Part shown: positions 1 through 12,479 of the stretch, one piece after another
Position numbering within the stretch: the first letter of the stretch is position 1
Layout: the number at the start of each line of letters is the position of its first letter
Assembly: GCA_028599125.1 (NCBI GenBank)
Contig: JAQRMX010000004.1
Coordinates: 891-64,890, forward strand
Direction: 5' to 3'
Origin: Alphaproteobacteria bacterium
GTDB taxonomy: Bacteria > Pseudomonadota > Alphaproteobacteria > Rhizobiales > NORP267
Length of the DNA stretch: 64,000 nucleotides
Program-made: the position numbers and the translations under genes
Notes under the pieces: model-generated
Seen by the model: only the letters and a program-made list of their open reading frames with translations
Told to the model about the DNA's origin: nothing
Database searches by the model: none

Positions 1-1
1 G

Positions 2-331
2 GTGCAAGTAGACTGGTTGGAACAGCAGATTGACAGGTTTAATAAGACACTTCAGCCCCTGCACTCTTTCATTTTACCTGGAGGAACTCTAGAAGCTGCG
101 GCCTTGCATCTTGCCCGCACGATTGTACGACGTGCTGAACGCGCAATCATACGCGTTACAAAAGAAGAAAATGAAACCATCAAAACGGAAACACAAAGCT
201 ATATTAATCGCCTCTCCGATCTTCTTTTTGTTGCAAGCCGTATCTTAAACCAGAATGGAAACCAGGACCTCCTCTGGGTTCCCGGCGCACATCACTACTT
301 GACAAATCGTCAGTATCAGGACACAGCATAG
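2..331 (+). CDS. PduO-type ATP:cob(I)alamin adenosyltransferase, C-terminal fragment (5' end outside window)
   Basis: ORF is open to the window edge. 'FILPGG..AAALHLARTIVRRAERA' and 'YINRLSDLLFVASR' resemble the PduO/MMAB adenosyltransferase family. Stop TAG at 329-331. Confidence 0.8.
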   Translation: MQVDWLEQQIDRFNKTLQPLHSFILPGGTLEAAALHLARTIVRRAERAIIRVTKEENETIKTETQSYINRLSDLLFVASRILNQNGNQDLLWVPGAHHYLTNRQYQDTA

Positions 332-632
332 AAAGAAAACAGCACCTTACACCGTCCCCCGTAAAATTCTGCCTTTCGAAGATTCTATTACAGCATCTCC
401 AAAAAGCAGCGCATCCCCCCTTACCGGAACTCATCTATGCAAAACCCAAAGAAAGATAAATATATCCTGCCCAATAGATAAAAACTCTTTCTTCAGCCCC
501 TCTACATATTCTGTCCCTGCCTCTCATGGCAAAATCTGATCAAAACAACGCAAAAACAAAATGTGCCTTGTAAAAAGAAAATTCAGAATTTTAGAATTTC
601 CGTAGGTGTTAAAGAGAAGACGAGGAAAAAAC

Positions 633-1490
633 ATGACAAAAAAAATAAAAAAACTAGGAATTATCGGTGCAGGACAAATGGGCACCGGCATTGCTCATCT
701 TTGCGCTCACGCAGGATATAATGTCGTCCTTACCGATATTTCAGCAGAAAATCTGAAAAATGCACAAAAAAAAATTGAGCAGGAAATGAGCGCACAAATC
801 AAGGCAAAACAGATCACTGAAGAAGAGCAAGAGCGCACCCTGGAACAACTTACCTTTTCTATGCATGATGGTGTGATTTTTGAAAGAGATATCATCATTG
901 AAACCGCTTCAGAAAATGAACAGGTTAAAAAAAAAATATTCAGCAATCTAAAGGGAAAAATTTCCTCTCATACGCTCCTTGCTAGCAATACATCTTCGCT
1001 TTCAATCACAAAACTAGCCTCTTTTACCGATCGGCCTGAACAGTTTATCGGAATCCATTTCATGAACCCTGCAACGCGCATGAAACTGATAGAGTTGATC
1101 CCCGGGTTCCTCACTAATGAAGAAACCCTGCAAACTACACGAAATATAGCAGAAACCCTTGGTAAAACTGTTGTTCTCTCAAAAGATTTTCCCGCGTTCA
1201 TACTCAATCGTATCCTGCTCCCCATGATCAATGAAGCCATTTTCACTCTATATGAAGGTGTTGGCTCTGTGGAAGCAATAGATACATCAATGAAACTTGG
1301 AGCCAATCATCCTATGGGCCCACTGCAACTTGCTGACTTTATCGGCCTTGATACCTGCCTCTCAATCATACAGGTCCTTCAAAAAGAATTCTCTGATCCA
1401 AAATACAGACCCTGCCCCCTTCTGATCAAATATGTGGAAGCCGGATGGTGGGGACGAAAAACAAAACGGGGCTTTTATGACTATCAATAG
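633..1490 (+). CDS. hbd: 3-hydroxybutyryl-CoA / 3-hydroxyacyl-CoA dehydrogenase
   Basis: N-terminal Rossmann motif 'KKLGIIGAGQMGTGIA'; 'FIGIHFMNP' and 'NRILLPMINEA' are typical of the 3HCDH family. ATG 633 is preceded by GAGGA (622-626); the ORF track starts at alternative codon 606. Confidence 0.9.
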   Translation: MTKKIKKLGIIGAGQMGTGIAHLCAHAGYNVVLTDISAENLKNAQKKIEQEMSAQIKAKQITEEEQERTLEQLTFSMHDGVIFERDIIIETASENEQVKKKIFSNLKGKISSHTLLASNTSSLSITKLASFTDRPEQFIGIHFMNPATRMKLIELIPGFLTNEETLQTTRNIAETLGKTVVLSKDFPAFILNRILLPMINEAIFTLYEGVGSVEAIDTSMKLGANHPMGPLQLADFIGLDTCLSIIQVLQKEFSDPKYRPCPLLIKYVEAGWWGRKTKRGFYDYQ

Positions 1491-1719
1491 TGATAAATCA
1501 GTTCTTGCATGCTAAAAACGAAAAAAGAAGATGGAGCCTCTCCCTATAGGAGATATTCAGGACAAAAAACATTGAACCAAAAAGCAGCCATAATGATGAA
1601 AATATTCCGTTTCTGGAATCCATTGCCTGTCATATAGTCCGCACACACCCCGGAAACATGGACAAAAAAAGAGCAAAAAACAAGACGGAGATCAACCCTG
1701 AAAACAGATAAAAATAGTT

Positions 1720-2142
1720 TCAATGAGACAACAGGGGACGAAGCCGCTTCAAATCCTCAACATGCCTCCAGGCAAGAGATTTGTCATCTCCACCATCCGC
1801 TGTAGCCTCTTTTTCTCTCTCCGCACGAATGATCTCCTCCTCAAGAAGAGAAGGAGAAAAATATTCAAGTGGAACTGCCTGCTCAGCAAGGATTACAACT
1901 TTGTCGGGACGAGCCTCAAAAAAACCGCCGCGCACAAAAAAACGATGCACCATCCCCTCAGATTTATCAGTTTCTATAAATTCCACTGACAAGAGACCCG
2001 GACGCAAAAGCGATACAAGCAGGGAATGGCCCGGTAAAATAGTGAATTCACCGTCTTCACCTAAAACAATAACCCGCGCTACCGAACCGGAAAACAGACG
2101 CTCCCCAGGCAAAATAAGCTCAAAATCAAGCGTTTTAATCAT
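1720..2142 (-). CDS. atpC: F0F1 ATP synthase subunit epsilon
   Basis: 140 aa, last gene of the atpHAGDC cluster. 'ILPGHSLLVSLLRPGLLSV' matches the epsilon beta-sandwich region. Confidence 0.9.
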   Translation of the reverse strand: MIKTLDFELILPGERLFSGSVARVIVLGEDGEFTILPGHSLLVSLLRPGLLSVEFIETDKSEGMVHRFFVRGGFFEARPDKVVILAEQAVPLEYFSPSLLEEEIIRAEREKEATADGGDDKSLAWRHVEDLKRLRPLLSH

Positions 2143-2175
2143 GATACAGACGCTTCCCCACCCCCGGAATCCAGA

Positions 2176-3639
<1,464 letters not shown>

Positions 3640-3668
3640 TCAGGCCTTCCTGCCATCAAAATCTCACA

Positions 3669-4604
3669 TTAAAGTGCCTCTGCACCAGAAACAACTTCAA
3701 TCAACTCCGTTGTAATTTTCGCCTGGCGCTGACGGTTATACTTCAACCGCAGCTTATCAAGCATATCACCGGCATTACGGGTTGCATTATCCATCGCTGT
3801 CATCCGCGCGCCCTGCTCTGAAGCAGCATTTTCCAGAAGAGCCATGAAAATCTGAACCCCAATATTGCGTGGTAAAAGAAACGAAAAGACCTCCGACTCT
3901 CCAGGCTCATAACTGTAGATAGACGCCGCATGCGTGCGCGCGAGCCCCCTGTCAGAGAGAAATGATGTTGAGCCATCCTCCTTTTCAAACGACTCTCCCT
4001 TTTTATCCTCCAGAGATAAGGGGATCAGCTGACGGGCCGTGGGAACCTGTGAGATAACAGAGTGAAAATAGGAAAAAAACAACGTACAAACATCAAACCG
4101 GCCTTCATCAAAAAGAGACGATAACCTATTAGACAATAAAGACGCAAAATCAAAGACAGACCCATCAACCGCGGGCATAGAAACATTATCCATAATTTTA
4201 CCAGGAAACAGGCGAACAAGTTGCTCAAGACCCCGTTTGCCTACACAAAGAATTTTGACCGTCTTCCCTTCTAAAAGAAGACGATTCGCATGACGGCTGG
4301 CAAGACGGACGATATTACTGTTGAAAGCACCACAAAGACCACGCTCTGAAGTACAGACAAGAAGAAGATGAACCTGATCCGCACCCCGCCCACCCGCCAA
4401 AGGATGATCCAAACCACAAAGCCCAGTCTCACAGGCCAGACGACGGAGAATTAGGCTCATATTATCAGCATAAGGACGCGCAGACTCCACCTCACTTTGC
4501 GCACGACGCAATTTAGCCGCAGAAACCATCTGCATCGCACGAGTAATCTTGCGTGTAGACGTAACCGAGGAAATGCGAGTTCGTAAATCTTTAAGACTGC
4601 TCAT
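3669..4604 (-). CDS. atpG: F0F1 ATP synthase subunit gamma
   Basis: N-terminus 'LKDLRTRISSVTSTRKITRAMQMVSAAKLRRAQ' and C-terminus 'RQAKITTELIEVVSGAEAL' are canonical gamma termini. Confidence 0.95.
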   Translation of the reverse strand: MSSLKDLRTRISSVTSTRKITRAMQMVSAAKLRRAQSEVESARPYADNMSLILRRLACETGLCGLDHPLAGGRGADQVHLLLVCTSERGLCGAFNSNIVRLASRHANRLLLEGKTVKILCVGKRGLEQLVRLFPGKIMDNVSMPAVDGSVFDFASLLSNRLSSLFDEGRFDVCTLFFSYFHSVISQVPTARQLIPLSLEDKKGESFEKEDGSTSFLSDRGLARTHAASIYSYEPGESEVFSFLLPRNIGVQIFMALLENAASEQGARMTAMDNATRNAGDMLDKLRLKYNRQRQAKITTELIEVVSGAEAL

Positions 4605-4628
4605 GAAAACCGCGCTCCGAACCCAGTA

Positions 4629-6164
4629 TCATGACAAAGAAAAATCCTTAAAAAAATTATCAAGGGCAAAGGAAAGATCCTTACGGACATTGTCAAGGGA
4701 ACACTCCTCACGCAGCGTCTCCAGAATAGAAGAATGTTTGTCCCGCAGATAACGCAGCAGAATAGGCTCAAAACTACGGACAAGATCCATATCAAGATTA
4801 TCCAGATATCCGTTCACACCAGCAAAAAGAAGAACAACTTGCTCCTCCACCTCCAAAGGAGAGAATTGGCGCTGCTTCAGCAATTCCGTCAGACGCGCAC
4901 CGCGACCAAGAAGACGCTGCGTTGCGGCATCCAGATCAGAACCAAACTGAGCAAAGGCTGCTATTTCACGATATTGTGCAAGCTCGCCCTTAATTGATCC
5001 GGCAACCTGCTTCATCGCTTTGCTTTGCGCTGCAGAACCAACACGCGAGACCGATAAACCAACATTAATCGCAGGACGTATGCCCTGATGGAAAAGATCA
5101 GTTTCAAGAAAAATCTGGCCATCCGTAATAGAAATCACATTAGTAGGAATATATGCCGAAACGTCATTTGCCTGCGTCTCGATCACAGGCAGAGCCGTCA
5201 ATGAACCCAGACCATTGTCTGCATTAAGCTTCGTCGCACGCTCAAGAAGACGGGAGTGAAGATAAAAAACATCACCGGGATAGGCTTCACGGCCGGGAGG
5301 ACGACGGAGTAAAAGGGACATCTGGCGATAGGCGACAGCCTGCTTGGAAAGATCATCATAGGCAATCAGAGCATGCATCCCGTTATCACGAAAATATTCC
5401 CCCATAGTACATCCTGTAAAGGGTGCCAGATATTGCATTGGCGCGGGCTCAGATGCTGTCGCCGCAACAACAATCGAATAAGCAAGGGCGCCACTCTCCT
5501 CTAGACTTTTCACAAAGCGAGCAACGGTCGAACGCTTCTGACCAATGGCGACATAAATGCAATAAAGCTTACGGCTCTCATCACTTCCCTCATTTGCTGA
5601 CTTCTGATTAAGGATTGTGTCAAGAATGATCGCGCTTTTGCCGGTCTGGCGATCTCCAATGATAAGCTCACGCTGACCACGGCCGATCGGTATCAGCGCA
5701 TCAATCGCCTTCAAACCCGTCTGCATTGGCTCATGCACAGACTTGCGCGGCATGATAGAGGGTGCTTTTACATCTACACGGCGACGCTCGCTGCTTTTCA
5801 GTGGCCCCTTACCGTCAATCGGACGACCAAGAGCATCAACAACGCGACCAAGAAGTTCCTTCCCTACGGGAACATCAACAATCGAGCCTGTGCGCTTAAC
5901 TGTGTCACCTTCCTGAATCCCCTGATCCGAACCGAAAATGACAACACCAACGCTGTCCGTCTCCAGATTCAGTGCCATGCCCCGCACACCGTTCGGAAAA
6001 ACAACCATCTCGCCGGCCTCAACTTCATCAAGGCCATAAACCCGCGCAATGCCGTCACCTACAGATGTTACTTGACCAATCTCCGCGATTTCCGTATCCC
6101 GGTCAAAATTCTCAATCTGCTCCCTCAGGATTGAAGAAATCTCTGAAGCCCGAATATCCTCCAT
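4629..6164 (-). CDS. atpA: F0F1 ATP synthase subunit alpha
   Basis: Walker A '[10 protein letters not shown]', '[19 protein letters not shown]'. The preferred start '[13 protein letters not shown]' (ATG 6162-6164) overlaps the atpH stop as TGATG; the ORF track extends to 6194. Confidence 0.97.
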   Translation of the reverse strand: MEDIRASEISSILREQIENFDRDTEIAEIGQVTSVGDGIARVYGLDEVEAGEMVVFPNGVRGMALNLETDSVGVVIFGSDQGIQEGDTVKRTGSIVDVPVGKELLGRVVDALGRPIDGKGPLKSSERRRVDVKAPSIMPRKSVHEPMQTGLKAIDALIPIGRGQRELIIGDRQTGKSAIILDTILNQKSANEGSDESRKLYCIYVAIGQKRSTVARFVKSLEESGALAYSIVVAATASEPAPMQYLAPFTGCTMGEYFRDNGMHALIAYDDLSKQAVAYRQMSLLLRRPPGREAYPGDVFYLHSRLLERATKLNADNGLGSLTALPVIETQANDVSAYIPTNVISITDGQIFLETDLFHQGIRPAINVGLSVSRVGSAAQSKAMKQVAGSIKGELAQYREIAAFAQFGSDLDAATQRLLGRGARLTELLKQRQFSPLEVEEQVVLLFAGVNGYLDNLDMDLVRSFEPILLRYLRDKHSSILETLREECSLDNVRKDLSFALDNFFKDFSLS

Positions 6165-6730
6165 CAAAAAACGACCTCTTTCATAGCAAGACAAAGAGCA
6201 TTAAGCCTTGTCCTGACGGATAAATCAATCATACGGGACCCCATTCTGGCAGAAAATCCACCAAGCAATGCCGGATCAACCTTAACACTGATCTGAACAT
6301 CCTTGCCAAAAACAGTCCCAATGCTCTCTTTCAGACGTGCAATCTGCGCCTCTGTGAACGAAAATGCGCTCACAACAATCACATTCATTTCACCCCGATG
6401 CTCTGCGCAAAGGGAACGAAATCTGGAAATAATAGAACGAATATGAGACAGACGACCGTTACGCACTAAAACGCAAAGAAAAGACAATATCACCCCCCCA
6501 ACGCCACACCGGCCAAAAACAGATTTCAACGCACGTTCCCGTTCTCCGGCACTGAAAACAGGACTAACAACCAGGCGACGGAGGTCATCATTATCTTTAT
6601 CGTTAAGCAAAGCTGAAAAAAAAACAAGATCCTCTTCAACGCGCACCAAAAGACCACGATCACGCGAAAGACCAAAAAGAGCCTCCGCATAACGGCAACA
6701 AACCACCGAAAAGGTTAAATTTTCATCCAA
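6164..6730 (-). CDS. atpH: F0F1 ATP synthase subunit delta (OSCP)
   Basis: 188 aa, first gene of the atpHAGDC order. 'RYAEALFGL' N-terminus is typical of OSCP/delta. Sequence is divergent. Confidence 0.85.
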   Translation of the reverse strand: MDENLTFSVVCCRYAEALFGLSRDRGLLVRVEEDLVFFSALLNDKDNDDLRRLVVSPVFSAGERERALKSVFGRCGVGGVILSFLCVLVRNGRLSHIRSIISRFRSLCAEHRGEMNVIVVSAFSFTEAQIARLKESIGTVFGKDVQISVKVDPALLGGFSARMGSRMIDLSVRTRLNALCLAMKEVVF

Positions 6731-7071
6731 ACTAAACTCTCCCTCAGATCCTGAAACTTAAACTTAACTTAAACTTACAGAATAGAAGAACAAAACCCCG
6801 CAACCAAACAGAAAGCGGTCGTATGAAACAAGCTGCAGAATCCTAGTAAAACAAAATAGTCACTTAGCACAGGAAATAAACTCTTGCAACCATGCGCCCA
6901 CTCCAGGACCTGAAATAATTTTCCCCTTCTCTAGACCATTCCATCTCTTCCTTTATTCGTTCTCAAAAAATCAAAAAAGACAGATTCTGGTATGAAAAAG
7001 ACGTTAGAAAATCCCTGTCTTCCGTAAGACTCGCCCCTTTCCTCCAGAACGAAAGAGATGAAAAATAAGGA

Positions 7072-7179
7072 CCGCAGAAAAACAGGAAAACCGCAGGAAA
7101 CCAGCAGGAACCCCGCAGAAACCCCGCAGGAAAACATCATAAAAAACTTTCAAGACAACATCATAAAAAACTTTGAGGA
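7072..7179. repeat. Tandem repeat block at the priA 3' end: about six 10-11 bp units with core CCGCAGGAAA (7072-7134), then a 24-bp unit x2 (7133-7156, 7157-7179; shared 18-nt core)
   Basis: Read directly: 'ccgcagaaaaa caggaaaa ccgcaggaaa ccagcaggaa ccccgcagaaa ccccgcaggaaaa', then 'aacatcataaaaaacttt' twice with 24-bp spacing. The second copy contains the priA stop codon (7161-7163). Confidence 0.9.
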
Positions 7180-9344
7180 TCCACATCCACGCGCACGCGC
7201 ACATCTCTCGTGCAACGTCCAAGGGCAGACAAAAGTGAACGAAGATACGACGAAAAATCCACAGAGCGCGTCCCCTTGATCAAGATCCGAAAACGATACC
7301 GCCCCCGCAAAAGCGAAAGAGGCGCCTCTGCAGGACCAAGAACCGAAATTTCCGGCGAAAGAGGGGCAAGATGTACAAGCCTCTGAGCCACATGAAGGGC
7401 CGCACTCTGATCAGGAGCAGAGACAATCAATGCTGCAAGACGACCGAAAGGCGGCAATCCCTCACGCTCACGCATACCAATCTCCGCCTCATAAAACGCC
7501 TCAGAATCACCTGTAACAAGTGCACGCATGACAGGATGTTCGGGCATATGAGTCTGGATAAGACCATAACCACGAAAATCACCACGGCCCGCACGACCAA
7601 AAACCTGATGTAAAAGTTGAAAATTATGCTCCGAAGCCCTCAGATCCGCTTGAGAAAGACCCAAATCGCCATCAACAACGCCCACAAGCCCCAGGGAAGG
7701 AAAATGATGACCCTTCGCAAGGAGCTGTGTTCCAATGATAATATCATAATCCCCTTTCGTAATAGCACGGAAATGAAGGCGCATAGCTGATAAATCTTCC
7801 GAAAAGTCACTTGAAAGAACCGTCCGGCGGGCATCAGGAAAATGAAGAGCAACCTCCTCACAGATTCGTTCAACACCCGGTCCGCACGCAACAAGGCGAT
7901 CCTCAGCATTACAGAAAGGACAGGATGAAGGAATAGGCATCCGGAAACCACAATAATGGCAGATAAGCGATCCGCGGAAACGGTGTTCCACAAGCCAGGC
8001 CGAACATTGAGAACAAGTCAGACGGCCTCCGCAAGCCCCGCACAATGTCAGTGGTGCATAACCACGACGATTTAAAAATAACAGAACCTGACGCTTCTGA
8101 TCTAAAGACGAACGCATCATCTCAAGCAGAACCGGTGATAAAAAAAGACCTTTCGCAGGAACGGATAAACGCAAATCAACCGCAGACACATCCGGAAGAC
8201 CGCCGGAACCAAAACGACTGCGAAGATGTACCACACCATAACGACCAGAGCGCACATTGACACGTGTTTCAATTGATGGCGTTGCAGAACTCAAAATAAC
8301 AGGAAAACGGCTGATCTGAGCCCGCTTTACCGCCATGTCCCGCGCGTGATAACAAAAAACATCCTCCTGTTTGTATGCTCCCTCATGTTCTTCATCTACA
8401 ACAATCAAGCCCAAATTTCGGAAAGGAAGGAAAAGCGATGAGCGCGCACCTATAACAACACGGGCCTGGCCACAACGGACAGAACGCCAGACGTCAATAC
8501 GCTTTCGAACTGTCAGGCCAGAATGCCATTCGGCAGGAAAAACTCCGAAACGGTCCTTGAAACGCTCAATAAATTGATCCGTCAGCGCAATTTCTGGAAG
8601 CATAATCAGTGCCTGACAGCCTGTTTCAAGAATCGCCGCGACAGCCTCAAAATAAACTTCCGTCTTTCCCGAGCCTGTCACGCCATCAAGGAGCGTTACA
8701 GAAAAATCATCCTTTCTGCATAAATCACCTAACGTCGCCACTGCGGCCTCCTGATCTTCCGTCAGAACCGGCGGGGCGTGATGAATATCCGGGCTCTCGA
8801 AAGAGGCAGACAGCGGAACAATAACCTCCTTGAAAACGCCAAGATCAACAAGACCCTTCACAACCGAAAGACCTACTTTGGCCTGACGCGCCAGATCCCC
8901 GCGTGAGCGCGCCACACCGTCAGAACCGGCAGAAAGAACACGACCACGAGCCGCTGTTATACGGGATAAAGTAACACCGCAATAAACGACACGGACCTCC
9001 GGAGACGGGGCCTCCAGAGCTGGAGGAACGCACAGGATACTCCGCAAAACAAGACCGGGAAGAGAAAGAGTATAACCGGAAACCCACTCAATAAAATCAA
9101 GCAGATCTAGGGGAAGACCGGTGACACCGACACGACGGGCAATCCATTTAAGCTTGTGACGCGGCAAAGAGCTTTGAACATCAATTTTCCACACAACACC
9201 TAGACTTTTGCGTGTGCCAAGCGGAACTTCAACCACATCGCCACGACACAAAGACGAAAGATCCTCCGTAAGATAAACGTAAGGGCCTCCCGCCGCATTC
9301 AAGACCATGACCGAGACAAGACCCTCAGACCCCTTCATATCCAC
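7161..9344 (-). CDS. priA: Primosomal protein N' (replication restart helicase PriA)
   Basis: Walker A 'DGVTGSGKTEVY', 'VVDEEHE', Cys-rich zinc region 'CGACGGRLTCSQCSAWLVEHR..CHYCG..CPFC', 'LLHQVFGRAGRG'. Confidence 0.95.
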   Translation of the reverse strand: MDMKGSEGLVSVMVLNAAGGPYVYLTEDLSSLCRGDVVEVPLGTRKSLGVVWKIDVQSSLPRHKLKWIARRVGVTGLPLDLLDFIEWVSGYTLSLPGLVLRSILCVPPALEAPSPEVRVVYCGVTLSRITAARGRVLSAGSDGVARSRGDLARQAKVGLSVVKGLVDLGVFKEVIVPLSASFESPDIHHAPPVLTEDQEAAVATLGDLCRKDDFSVTLLDGVTGSGKTEVYFEAVAAILETGCQALIMLPEIALTDQFIERFKDRFGVFPAEWHSGLTVRKRIDVWRSVRCGQARVVIGARSSLFLPFRNLGLIVVDEEHEGAYKQEDVFCYHARDMAVKRAQISRFPVILSSATPSIETRVNVRSGRYGVVHLRSRFGSGGLPDVSAVDLRLSVPAKGLFLSPVLLEMMRSSLDQKRQVLLFLNRRGYAPLTLCGACGGRLTCSQCSAWLVEHRFRGSLICHYCGFRMPIPSSCPFCNAEDRLVACGPGVERICEEVALHFPDARRTVLSSDFSEDLSAMRLHFRAITKGDYDIIIGTQLLAKGHHFPSLGLVGVVDGDLGLSQADLRASEHNFQLLHQVFGRAGRGDFRGYGLIQTHMPEHPVMRALVTGDSEAFYEAEIGMREREGLPPFGRLAALIVSAPDQSAALHVAQRLVHLAPLSPEISVLGPAEAPLSLLRGRYRFRILIKGTRSVDFSSYLRSLLSALGRCTRDVRVRVDVDPQSFL

Positions 9345-10188
9345 AGACCCTCACCCCATCACCAATTCGGAATAAAACAGAAATCCCGACGGATATTCCA
9401 GACATGCCCAATAGCGCACAAAAAAGAACAAGATTCACAGCACTCAATTCATAATCAAAACGCCCACTCAAAACATAAGTGCAAACATTCACAGGCAGGA
9501 AATACAATTAAAGGCAGAAAATCTTCTCATTCCTGAAAAATTCCCAGACAGAACCTGCCCAGAAAACCCACGTCTAAAGTCCGCCCTAGAAAACAAACGT
9601 AAAGACGAAATCCATCGGAACAAAGAAAAATAAGGCTTCTTGTCATGTCTTATCAACCCTTTGTGACCTCTCTTACGGCCTGCTCTCAGGGACTTCCTTT
9701 TATGGTTCCCTATAAACGCCCGTAGCCCCCTTCAATAAGGCTGCTTCTACAAAAGATATCAAAAATCCTCCTCCATACACATAGCGGAAAGAGAAAGGGA
9801 ACGCGACTTTACGGAACCGGTTCCAAGAACCTGTAAAAAGCCTGGGGGTACACGCTCTCGGCAAAAGTTTTATCCAGGTTGACTTATACATACAGGTTGT
9901 GCACACTGAATGTGCCTTATATTATACAGCTACACTTAAATTCAGGGTTGCTTCATCACCCCTTCTTTCAGAGTACGAGGAAACCGCAGGTAAGAAGGCT
10001 GTAAAAACAGTAAAGGGTGAAATAAAAAAGCCATAACAGAGCCGCTTTTTACCTGAATACTTTTTCGGCACGGAAAGCAGGAAAAAGGGCTATCACAAGA
10101 AAAACAGAATAAGCGTGTCAACGCTCTCAGAGAGAGTGTACAGACAGAAAGAATAATAAAGAAAAAACAAAAGGGACTTGCCGCATCA

Positions 10189-10650
10189 ATGAATATCATC
10201 CAGGAAATTGAAAAAGAGCAAATGGATCATCTGAGCCGTCAACGCTCTCGTATTCCCTCCTTTGCTCCAGGTGACACGATCAAGGTTAATGTTAAAGTAA
10301 CCGAAAGCGGAAGATCCCGTCTACAGGCCTATGAAGGCGTGTGTATCGCACGGCGAAATTCTGGGATTAATGAAAATTTTACCGTACGTAAAATTTCCTT
10401 CAATGAGGGAGTGGAACGCATATTTCCTCTTTATTCCCCTTCCGTTGAATCTATTGAAGTTATACGGCGGGGCGCTGTACGCCGCGCAAAACTTTATTAT
10501 CTCCGTGGCAGAAGAGGAAAAGCAGCCCGTATCGCTGAGGCTACCGATCTTCGTACGCGACGCATTGTGGAAGCAGAGAAAAAAAAGGCAGCAGAAGAGA
10601 AAAACAGAGCCGCAGTAAATAAGGAAAAAAACACCCCTCCCGCCAAATAA
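10189..10650 (+). CDS. rplS: 50S ribosomal protein L19
   Basis: '[30 protein letters not shown]' and '[29 protein letters not shown]' are the L19 signature. Lys/Ala-rich C-terminal tail. Confidence 0.95.
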   Translation: MNIIQEIEKEQMDHLSRQRSRIPSFAPGDTIKVNVKVTESGRSRLQAYEGVCIARRNSGINENFTVRKISFNEGVERIFPLYSPSVESIEVIRRGAVRRAKLYYLRGRRGKAARIAEATDLRTRRIVEAEKKKAAEEKNRAAVNKEKNTPPAK

Positions 10651-10668
10651 GCTGGCGCTACGCCTCTC

Positions 10669-12471
10669 TCATTCCCCTCCCATTTTCACTACCGCAAGAA
10701 AGGCTTCCTGTGGAATGTCTACCTTGCCAAACTGACGCATCTTTTTCTTTCCCGCCTTCTGCTTTTCCAGCAGCTTGCGCTTGCGTGTGATGTCACCACC
10801 ATAACATTTCGCTGTCACATCCTTACGCAACGCCGCTACCGTCTCACGCGCAATAACCTTGCCCCCTATAGCAGCCTGTATCGGTACCTTGAACAAGTGA
10901 CGAGGGATCAGTTCCTTCAGTGTTTCGCAAATAAAACGACCGCGGACCTCTGCCTGACTGCGGTGCACCAGCATGGCCAAAGCATCAACAGGTTCCCCGT
11001 TAACGAGGATCTGCATACAGGCAAGATCGCACGGACGATACCCTGTAAAATCATAGTCAAATGAGGCATAGCCCTTTGAAGCCGACTTCAGGCGATCATA
11101 AAAATCGAAAACAATTTCGTTAAGGGGGAAATCATAAGACAGAATGGTACGGGATCCCACACAAGAAAGGCTGACTTGTATTCCTCGACGAGCCTGACAT
11201 AATTTCAAGATTGCTCCTAGATATTCATTTGAAGTCATAAGTGAAGCCCGGATCCACGGTTCAAGAACCTCTCTGATCTCTGTCCTTTCAGGCATATCAG
11301 CAGGATTGTGAAGAATAATCTCGCGGCCATCTGTTAGCACCAGTTCATAAACCACAGATGGCGACGTTACAATCAGGTCAAGATTAAATTCACGCGTCAG
11401 ACGCTCCTGAATAATTTCCAAATGTAATAAGCCCAAAAAGCCGCAACGAAACCCGAACCCCAACGCCGCAGAAGTCTCCATTTCATAATTGAAACTTGCA
11501 TCATTAAGCCTCAATTTTCCGAGCGCAACACGAACAGACTCAAAATCTCCCGTATCAATCGGAAACAGACCACAAAAAACAACTGACTGCACTGGTTTGA
11601 AACCAGCCAACGGGACCGCACAAGCACGCTTGTCTTCCGTGATTGTATCACCAACACGAGCCGCCGCTACTTCTTTAATCGCCGCAATCAGAAATCCAAT
11701 CTCACCAGAACTCAATACCTCTGCATCAACAAGTTTCGGCGTAAAAAAACCAACCCTTTCAATATCATATGCAACATCCGCTCCAAGCATACGCACGCGC
11801 ATACCCTTGGTAAGGCGGCCATCAAAAACACGAACCAGCACAACAACACCAAGATAGAGATCATACCAGCTATCAATCAATAATGCTTTTAAAGGAGCGG
11901 AAATCTCTCCTTGGGGACAAGGAAGCGTCTTTATAATGGCTTCCAGAACATTCTCAACACCGAGGCCTGTCTTCGCGGAAATCATGAGTGCAGAGGACGC
12001 ATCAATTCCTATCACATCTTCAATTTGGGTCTTAATTCGTTCTGGTTCTGCTGCAGGTAGATCCACCTTGTTAAGAACAGGAAGAATTTCATGATCATTC
12101 TCTAGAGCCTTATAGACATTCGCCAATGTTTGCGCTTCAACACCCTGAGAGGCATCAACAATCAGGAGAGACCCTTCACAGGCAGCAAGAGACCGGCTAA
12201 CCTCATAGCCAAAATCAACATGACCAGGCGTGTCAATAAGGTTGAGAATATATAGCTCGCCAGTCTCTGACTCATAACGCAAACGCACCGTCTGGGCTTT
12301 GATCGTAATTCCCCGCTCACGCTCAATATCCATAGAATCAAGCACTTGATCCTTCATTTCCCGGGGACTCAGACCTCCGGTCAACTGAATCAATCTATCA
12401 GCAAGAGTAGATTTCCCATGATCAATATGGGCGATAATCGCAAAATTACGAATATGAGAAAGTTTCGCCAT
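10669..12471 (-). CDS. lepA: Translation elongation factor 4 (LepA)
   Basis: '[21 protein letters not shown]', 'DTPGHVDF', 'NKVDL', and the LepA-specific C-terminus '[37 protein letters not shown]'. Confidence 0.98.
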   Translation of the reverse strand: MAKLSHIRNFAIIAHIDHGKSTLADRLIQLTGGLSPREMKDQVLDSMDIERERGITIKAQTVRLRYESETGELYILNLIDTPGHVDFGYEVSRSLAACEGSLLIVDASQGVEAQTLANVYKALENDHEILPVLNKVDLPAAEPERIKTQIEDVIGIDASSALMISAKTGLGVENVLEAIIKTLPCPQGEISAPLKALLIDSWYDLYLGVVVLVRVFDGRLTKGMRVRMLGADVAYDIERVGFFTPKLVDAEVLSSGEIGFLIAAIKEVAAARVGDTITEDKRACAVPLAGFKPVQSVVFCGLFPIDTGDFESVRVALGKLRLNDASFNYEMETSAALGFGFRCGFLGLLHLEIIQERLTREFNLDLIVTSPSVVYELVLTDGREIILHNPADMPERTEIREVLEPWIRASLMTSNEYLGAILKLCQARRGIQVSLSCVGSRTILSYDFPLNEIVFDFYDRLKSASKGYASFDYDFTGYRPCDLACMQILVNGEPVDALAMLVHRSQAEVRGRFICETLKELIPRHLFKVPIQAAIGGKVIARETVAALRKDVTAKCYGGDITRKRKLLEKQKAGKKKMRQFGKVDIPQEAFLAVVKMGGE

Positions 12472-12479
12472 AATCCTCA

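Noticed and set aside
9961-10188. Possible trmD C-terminal remnant directly upstream of and in frame with rplS
   Set aside because: The translation ('[32 protein letters not shown]..') shows no convincing match to the TrmD C-terminus (the SGNH..I..WR motif as I recall it), and the frame is broken by several stops further upstream.
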